Shown here: positions 58,894 to 64,000 of the stretch, one piece after another
Numbering within the stretch: the stretch's first letter is position 1
Layout: every line of letters begins with the position of its first letter
From: an uncultured Pirellulaceae bacterium
GTDB lineage: Bacteria > Planctomycetota > Planctomycetia > Pirellulales > Pirellulaceae
Length of the DNA stretch: 64,000 nucleotides
Reading direction: 5' to 3'
Assembly: GCA_964577115.1 (NCBI GenBank)
Contig: CAZNXJ010000002.1
Coordinates: 252,285 to 316,284 of the forward strand
Translations under genes and position numbers: made by a program
Notes under the pieces: model-generated
What the model was told of the DNA's origin: nothing
The model's input: the letters and a program-made list of their open reading frames with translations, nothing else
The model's database searches: none

Positions 58894-60525
58894 ATGAGCA
58901 GCAATACGCCGACACAGAAGAAGATGTCCGATATCGTCTCGCTATGCAAACGGCGAGGCTTTTTGTTTCAATCGAGCGAAATCTATGGGGGCCTGAATGG
59001 CTTCTGGGATTACGGGCCGCTGGGCGTCGAGCTGAAGCGGAACGTCAAGAATAGCTGGTGGAGCGACATGGTAACCAGTCACAACGAACTGGTCACGCCT
59101 CCCGGCGCACCGTCGTCCTACGAAATGACGGGGCTCGACGCAACCATCATTATGCACCCGCAGATCTGGAAGTGCTCGGGGCATTACGACCTATTCCACG
59201 ACTTTATGGTCGACTGCCGCGAGTCGAAACGGCGCTACCGCTTCGACCAGGTGCGCGGCCGCTGGGCCGAGTGTAATGGCGAAAAGATCTTTGTCGCGAC
59301 GATGGCGGAAGCGGGCGACGAGGACGAGGATACGCAGCGGCGGGCGATGAAGTATTTCAAGCTGCGGCCGAAGGAAGCCGACAAAATCACGTTCGCCCGC
59401 GAATACCTCACCCTCCCGCAGCTCGACGACCTCACACGCGTGCTCGGTCCTGACGCGAAGACGCTCGGCACCCTGACGGAACCGCGCGAATTCAACTTAA
59501 TGTTCAAGACCTACGTCGGAGCGCTCACGGGCGAGGAGAACGCCGCGTACTTGCGCCCCGAAACGGCGCAGGGCATCTTCGTTAACTTCAAGAATGTGCT
59601 CGATAGCACGCGCGTTCGGATTCCGTTTGGCATTGCGCAGGTCGGCAAGAGCTTTCGGAACGAGATCACGCCGCGCCACTTCACGTTCCGATCGCGCGAA
59701 TTCGAACAGATGGAGATCGAGTTCTTCTGCCACCCGGCGTCGTCGGCCGATTGGTATCGCTACTGGCGCGACCGGCGCATGAAGTGGTATGTCGAGTTGG
59801 GGCTGGGCAGCGAACGGCTGCGGCTACGCGAGCATTCGGCGGACGAGCTGAGCCACTATTCGACAGGCACGGCGGATATCGAATATGCGTTTCCGTTCTT
59901 GCCGCCGGGCGAGTACGGCGAGCTGGAGGGGATTGCGCATCGCGGCGACTTTGATTTGCGCAGCCACATGGAAGGGAAACTCGATCCGTCGACACAACCG
60001 CTGAAGCTCGAAGTCGACAGCAACGGCAAGCCGCGGTGGCGCGGGAGCGGCAAAGACTTGACGTACCGCGACGATGTGACGGGCGAACGATACACGCCGC
60101 ATGTCGTCGAGCCGTCGGCGGGTGCCGACCGGGCCGTGCTCGCGTTCCTGTGCGAAGCCTACACGGAAGACGAAGCGCCAGACGAAGACGGGAATATGCA
60201 AAAGCGCACGGTGCTGCGCTTCCATCCGCGGCTGGCGCCGATCAAGGCTGCCGTGTTCCCGCTGGTGAAGAAGGACGGGATGCCCGAGATGGCTCAGGAA
60301 ATCTACGGCGCTCTGAAGACGAAGTGGAACGTGTTTTACGACGAGAAGGGCGCGGTTGGCCGCCGGTATCGCCGCCAGGACGAGGCGGGTACGCCGTACT
60401 GCATTACCGTCGACGGTCAGTCGCTACAGGACCGCACCGTGACGATCCGCGATCGCGATACGCTCGAGCAGTGGCGCGTGAAGGTGGATGATGTTATCGC
60501 CGACCTGGAACAGCGGTTGAGTTAG
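58894..60525 (+). CDS. glyQS: Glycine--tRNA ligase (dimeric class II GlyQS type)
   Basis: IVSLCKRRGFLFQSSEIYGGLNGFWDYGPLGVELKRNVKNSWW, class II motifs, and a C-terminal anticodon-binding domain. Confidence 0.9.
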   Translation: MSSNTPTQKKMSDIVSLCKRRGFLFQSSEIYGGLNGFWDYGPLGVELKRNVKNSWWSDMVTSHNELVTPPGAPSSYEMTGLDATIIMHPQIWKCSGHYDLFHDFMVDCRESKRRYRFDQVRGRWAECNGEKIFVATMAEAGDEDEDTQRRAMKYFKLRPKEADKITFAREYLTLPQLDDLTRVLGPDAKTLGTLTEPREFNLMFKTYVGALTGEENAAYLRPETAQGIFVNFKNVLDSTRVRIPFGIAQVGKSFRNEITPRHFTFRSREFEQMEIEFFCHPASSADWYRYWRDRRMKWYVELGLGSERLRLREHSADELSHYSTGTADIEYAFPFLPPGEYGELEGIAHRGDFDLRSHMEGKLDPSTQPLKLEVDSNGKPRWRGSGKDLTYRDDVTGERYTPHVVEPSAGADRAVLAFLCEAYTEDEAPDEDGNMQKRTVLRFHPRLAPIKAAVFPLVKKDGMPEMAQEIYGALKTKWNVFYDEKGAVGRRYRRQDEAGTPYCITVDGQSLQDRTVTIRDRDTLEQWRVKVDDVIADLEQRLS

Positions 60526-60620
60526 TTGCGGGGAGAATTCTCCGAAGAGGGCCCGCGTGGCTCGGACGGAGCCCCATCTCCTCTCATGCCGACTACGTTC
60601 CCAAGCGCCGAGAGCAAGTT

Positions 60621-61445
60621 TTGCATATGCAGCCCGCCATCAGCCAGGTTTGTACCCTGTCGTCGCCATTCGAGAAGGATGTCGAGGACTTTGCCGCCGG
60701 CCACTGCGGGGCCATCGATGTATGGCTCACGAAGCTCGAAAACTACCTCGAGACACACGAACCGCAGCAGGTGCGTGACCTGTTGGACGAGCACCAGATA
60801 GCGGCGCCAGTAGCCAGCTACCAGGGTGGGCTGCTCGCGAGCCAAGGCGAGGCGCGGCGCGAAGCACAGACCCTGTTCCAGCGGCGGCTCGCCATATGCC
60901 GAGACGTCGGCATCGGTACGCTGGTGATCGCCGCGGACGTCCCCGCGCCGCTCGACCAGCAGACCATCGATCGCGTATTTGTGACGCTCGAACAGGCTGC
61001 GGCGCTCGCCGCGGATCACGGAGTCCGGTTGGCACTCGAATTCCAGGCCAACTCGGCGTACGTCAACAACCTGCAAACCGCCGCGGCGCTGATTGCCGAG
61101 CTGAATCATCCGGCGCTGGGGCTCTGCCTGGACGTTTTCCACATGTACGTGGGACCGAGCAAGCTCGAGGACATCGGCTACCTGACGCGGGACAACTTGC
61201 TACACGTGCAGCTCTCGGATCTGGCCGATGTGCCCCGCGAGTTCGCTCGCGATGCCGACCGTATCCTACCAGGTGATGGCGATATTCCTCTGCCACACCT
61301 GATCCAGCATTTGCAGCGGATTGGCTACGACGGCTACGTCTCGGTCGAGCTAATGAATCCTCAGATTTGGCAGGTGCCCGCCCGCCAGGTCGGCGAAATT
61401 GGCATCACAGCGCTCCGCAAGCTGCTCGGTCAGGCCTCCATGTAA
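60621..61445 (+). CDS. Sugar phosphate isomerase/epimerase (xylose-isomerase-like TIM barrel)
   Basis: 274 aa with conserved E/H/D/E metal-ligand spacing (LEFQANS...DVFHMY...VELMNP). Confidence 0.65.
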   Translation: MHMQPAISQVCTLSSPFEKDVEDFAAGHCGAIDVWLTKLENYLETHEPQQVRDLLDEHQIAAPVASYQGGLLASQGEARREAQTLFQRRLAICRDVGIGTLVIAADVPAPLDQQTIDRVFVTLEQAAALAADHGVRLALEFQANSAYVNNLQTAAALIAELNHPALGLCLDVFHMYVGPSKLEDIGYLTRDNLLHVQLSDLADVPREFARDADRILPGDGDIPLPHLIQHLQRIGYDGYVSVELMNPQIWQVPARQVGEIGITALRKLLGQASM

Positions 61446-61631
61446 CAAGCCGGCCGTATTCTCTGCGCATCGCACGCGGTGGTGGGCGCCCGGGGCGCAG
61501 TGCCACCTACCCCGATGTCGGTAGAGGTCAATCCTACGCCGAGGGCCACTCGGACGAAGGTTGTTCACCGCGCGACGCAGGCCGATAATTGGGTTAGCGG
61601 GTAGGCCGAGGCAAGAAGGGAGAATAGGGCC

Positions 61632-62675
61632 ATGGCAACTTGGAAACGGCTTGGATTGATCTTCAGTGTGCTCGCCGCCGCTTTGCTGGTTCTCCCGGCA
61701 GCGGCCGATGCGCGACATGGGCACCGCGGCCACTGGCACGGTCATCACCATCACCATCACCATCACCACGGCCACTGGCACCATGGCCACTGGCATCACG
61801 GCCATCACTACCACCGCCATTGGTACGGGTACCGGTCGTGGTATCCGCGGTCGTACGTGAACTTCCGCTGGAGCGTCGGCTATCTGCCGTACTACTCGTA
61901 CTGGTCGTACTACTGGCCGACGACGTGGTACGCATACACGCCTCGCTCATTCTTCTTCAACGTCGGGATACCGTACTACCGCCTCGCGGTTCCGTACTAT
62001 GGGGTCGCCGCGCCCTACTACGGCTGCTCAACGGAATCGGCGGAGGCCGCCATGAGCGTGGCGAGCCGGCCGGCATTGCGAACGCCGGTCGCGGTCTCCG
62101 ATACGGATCTTATCGCCGCGCGCGTGGCGGCTCGATTGGAGGCCGAGGGCGCACGCGTCGAGCGGGTATCCGCGACCCCGGTTGTGGAACGAGTGAGCCG
62201 CCAGCAATCCGCGACGCGCGTCTTGAGCTCGGGGGACTCGGCGTTTCACGGTGGTCGTTACGATAACGCCGCGGGCTTCTACAAGATTGCAGCGGAACGC
62301 TCGCCAGAAGACGCGACCGCTCACGTCCGCGCGGGCCACGCCCTCCTGGCTGCTCGCCGGTATCACGACGCTTACCGTTCGTTCTGCCGAGCTCTCGAGA
62401 TCGACGCTGGGGCGCTCGAGCAAGCGAAGCTGGACGAGCTGTACGTTGATCCGGCGGAAAAAGAAAAGCAGCTCGAGCGGCTCGCCAAAACGACGCTCGA
62501 CAACGCGAACAACCCGGTGTTGCACGCACTGCTGGGCATCTATCTGATGCACGACGGCCAGGCGCCACGAGCGGAAAAATTCTTTGCCGAAGCACAGCGG
62601 CTGAGCGGCGGGACGGAACGGATCAGCGGCCGCCTTAGCGGTGCTACGGTACGGCACGTGGCGAGCGCCCGATAA
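61632..62675 (+). CDS. Secreted His-rich / Tyr-Trp-rich low-complexity protein with a TPR-like C-terminal domain
   Basis: Signal peptide MATWKRLGLIFSVLAAALLVLPAAADA, then RHGHRGHWHGHHHHHHHHHGHWHHGHWHHGHHYHRHWYGY, and an aromatic-rich stretch YYSYWSYYWPTTWYAY. Confidence 0.6.
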   Translation: MATWKRLGLIFSVLAAALLVLPAAADARHGHRGHWHGHHHHHHHHHGHWHHGHWHHGHHYHRHWYGYRSWYPRSYVNFRWSVGYLPYYSYWSYYWPTTWYAYTPRSFFFNVGIPYYRLAVPYYGVAAPYYGCSTESAEAAMSVASRPALRTPVAVSDTDLIAARVAARLEAEGARVERVSATPVVERVSRQQSATRVLSSGDSAFHGGRYDNAAGFYKIAAERSPEDATAHVRAGHALLAARRYHDAYRSFCRALEIDAGALEQAKLDELYVDPAEKEKQLERLAKTTLDNANNPVLHALLGIYLMHDGQAPRAEKFFAEAQRLSGGTERISGRLSGATVRHVASAR

Positions 62676-62721
62676 TCCGATAATGGCCGCTTCGCCGAGG
62701 GCTCGGGGGAACACGAGTGCG

Positions 62722-63624
62722 TTACGCGGCGCGGCGAATCGGGCTAGATAGGTTCGCGTGTTCGCTATGGAGAGCGAGTTGCCGCCAGCGATGAGCCTGC
62801 TGGTCGAGCTCGGTAATCGCCCGTTCAGCTTCGCGCTGCGTGTGCGCGATCAGTTCGAGCTGGAGCACCGAGGCGAGGATGAGTCCGGCTTGGCCGGCGA
62901 TGATAAGCGGCCAGCCAATCTGACCGAAGGCCGCTCGATCGGCGAGCGAGTCCCAGGCGATCAGCGCGCTGCCGCAGGTCGTGAGCATCAGGCTGATGGC
63001 GAGCGCGAACGAACTGAGCCAGCCGCTGCGGACGCGCAGCGTGACAGGTGACGGGGGTTCGAAGGCGATGAGCATGGGGCCGCGAGCCGAGCTCGCCAGA
63101 ACCGGCTCGTCCGCGGCCGGAGCTCGGGCGGCTTTTTTTTCAAGTTCGCTGATCCAACGCTCCAGCTCGGCCAGCTCAGCGTCCCAGCTTTCGTCGTCCA
63201 GCAGGCCCGGAGTATCCTCATCGCCGAGCTCCGAGGCGGCGTCCGTGGCGTCGGCGAGCTGTTCCAGCGAACCGTGGCAGCGGGGGCAACGCAGGACTTG
63301 GGGGTCGCTGGGGGCCGCAACCGCGGGCACTTCAATTTGACAGTCGGCGCACCACACCGGGGAGTCCTTTCCCTGGTTTTCGTTCGTACACCTCGCGGGC
63401 AAGACGAGGATGGGCGAACGCCCATCGAGGCGATACCGCCCTTCGCATAGATCGGCCCGCGCGGCGGCGATTCTCAAACCATTCTTAATTCGGCACGGTC
63501 CCCTGCGATCTTCAAAAGGGCCTTGGGGCTCGCTGGGCGCACGCCGTCCCGAACGGGGTGAATCAATTAGCCCAGCAATAAAATCAGCCCTAGGGCAGAG
63601 CGGCTTGGCACTAACGCTATCCAA
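62722..63624 (-). CDS. Hypothetical membrane protein with an N-terminal zinc ribbon
   Basis: CADCQ...CPRCHG followed by an acidic linker and two hydrophobic helices (LSSFALAISLMLTTCGSALIAW, WPLIIAGQAGLILASVLQL). The true start is probably internal. Confidence 0.4.
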   Translation of the reverse strand: MDSVSAKPLCPRADFIAGLIDSPRSGRRAPSEPQGPFEDRRGPCRIKNGLRIAAARADLCEGRYRLDGRSPILVLPARCTNENQGKDSPVWCADCQIEVPAVAAPSDPQVLRCPRCHGSLEQLADATDAASELGDEDTPGLLDDESWDAELAELERWISELEKKAARAPAADEPVLASSARGPMLIAFEPPSPVTLRVRSGWLSSFALAISLMLTTCGSALIAWDSLADRAAFGQIGWPLIIAGQAGLILASVLQLELIAHTQREAERAITELDQQAHRWRQLALHSEHANLSSPIRRAA

Positions 63625-63746
63625 GGCCGGTTATGGGCTGGGCCCCGACGGGGCGATTTCATTTTCCGTCAGGGCGGCGGTACGATTAGGCCAGGATAGT
63701 CCGAAAAAGGGACGGCCCCAGCCTCCATTCGCCTTACCCAGCAGAG

Positions 63747-64000
63747 CTAGGCTCCTTCCGGAGCCTCTCCGTCATCTTCTGTCGCGGGCTCTTCTGTCGC
63801 GGGTTCTTCTGTCGCGGGTTCTTCTGTCGCGGGTTCTTCTGTCGCGGGTTCTTCCGTCGCGGGTTCTTCTGTCGCGGGTTCTTCTGTCGCGGGTTCTTCT
63901 GTCGCGGGTTCTTCTGTCGCGGGTTCTTCTGTCGCGGGTTCTTCCGTCGCGGGTTCTTCTGCCGCGGGTTCTTCTGCCGCGGGTTCTTCTGCCGCGGGTT
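63747..64000 (-). CDS. C-terminal end of a gene running off the window: an (EEPAT)n acidic-proline repeat tail ending ...EEPATEDDGEAPEGA-stop
   Basis: The minus-strand frame translates the 15-bp tandem units as EEPAT with no stops and ends at TAG (63749..63747). The gene body lies beyond position 64000. Confidence 0.45.
   Translation of the reverse strand, partial: PAAEEPAAEEPAAEEPATEEPATEEPATEEPATEEPATEEPATEEPATEEPATEEPATEEPATEEPATEEPATEDDGEAPEGA
63781..64000. repeat. Near-perfect 15-bp tandem direct repeat (gtcgcgggttcttct), at least 14 copies, truncated by the window end
   Basis: Read directly. Variants are ttcCgtcgcgggttc and ttctgCcgcgggttc. Confidence 0.9.

Noticed and set aside
60529-60542. 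Palindrome GGAGAATTCTCC immediately after glyQS
   Set aside because: It is a short, loop-less palindrome centred on an EcoRI site. It is too short and too weak to call a terminator, so I mention it only for completeness.
61729-61830. CAC/CAT/GGC-rich repeat considered as a non-coding microsatellite
   Set aside because: It lies in frame inside an ORF that has a good signal peptide. It encodes the His/Trp tract, so it is a coding low-complexity region.
63781-64000. Tandem repeat considered as a possible CRISPR array
   Set aside because: The units are contiguous 15-mers with no spacers, and the array is coding. It is not a CRISPR.
1-64000. Search for tRNA/rRNA genes, transposases, integrases and prophage boundaries
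   Set aside because: No cloverleaf-like conserved tRNA sequence, rRNA signature, transposase or integrase motif was recognised in the intergenic regions or in the ORFs. GC content looks uniform apart from a ~50-bp AT-rich patch at 38421–38470, so there is no evidence for a mobile element or recent island.

Overview
This 64 kb window has about 65% GC and is densely packed with genes, with many long spurious antisense ORFs (those were ignored). Its content points to a Planctomycetes-like organism: giant Ser/Thr kinases with WD40 arrays, an ECF sigma factor paired with a Ser/Thr kinase, an FHA-domain sigma-54 activator and the futalosine menaquinone pathway. In order along the window:

- **1–4667:** a partial lipoprotein, two hypothetical genes, a soluble histidine kinase and nadD.
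- **4876–17845:** an apparent single operon, hoxEFUYHW (bidirectional NAD-linked [NiFe] hydrogenase and its maturation protease) coupled by ATGA/GTGA start-stop overlaps to nifJ (pyruvate:ferredoxin oxidoreductase, PFOR), a dihydroorotate dehydrogenase-family (DHOD) flavoprotein and a Pat-like ADP-forming acetyl-CoA synthetase–GNAT fusion. Together these make a pyruvate to acetate plus H2 fermentation module.
- **18017–25064:** priA, a sensor histidine kinase, rnhA and recG.
- **25373–28950:** a futalosine-pathway menaquinone operon (MqnE/C-type radical SAM enzyme, UbiA-family prenyltransferase, UbiX, UbiE/MenG).
- **29096–32004:** a ComB-like phosphatase and an FHA–sigma-54 activator.
- **32185–38148:** a 1987-aa single-gene candidate defence protein. 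It has an N-terminal transglutaminase-like domain, then a DUF4011-like region, an Upf1-like SF1 helicase, a Vsr/DUF559-like endonuclease and a DUF3320-like tail, resembling the Hhe architecture.
- **38481–45263:** a 2260-aa Ser/Thr kinase with a zinc ribbon, a transmembrane segment, WD40 arrays and an LRR block.
- **45285–58705:** the most unusual locus, all on the minus strand: ECF sigma, a Ser/Thr kinase with a periplasmic solute-binding domain, NfeD, an SPFH/flotillin protein, a 1776-aa MoxR-like AAA+ giant and an RCK-gated K+ channel.
- **58894–64000:** glyQS, a sugar-phosphate isomerase, a His-rich secreted protein, and a 15-bp tandem repeat that encodes an (EEPAT)n acidic C-terminal tail of a gene running off the window.

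No tRNA, rRNA, CRISPR array or transposase was recognised.
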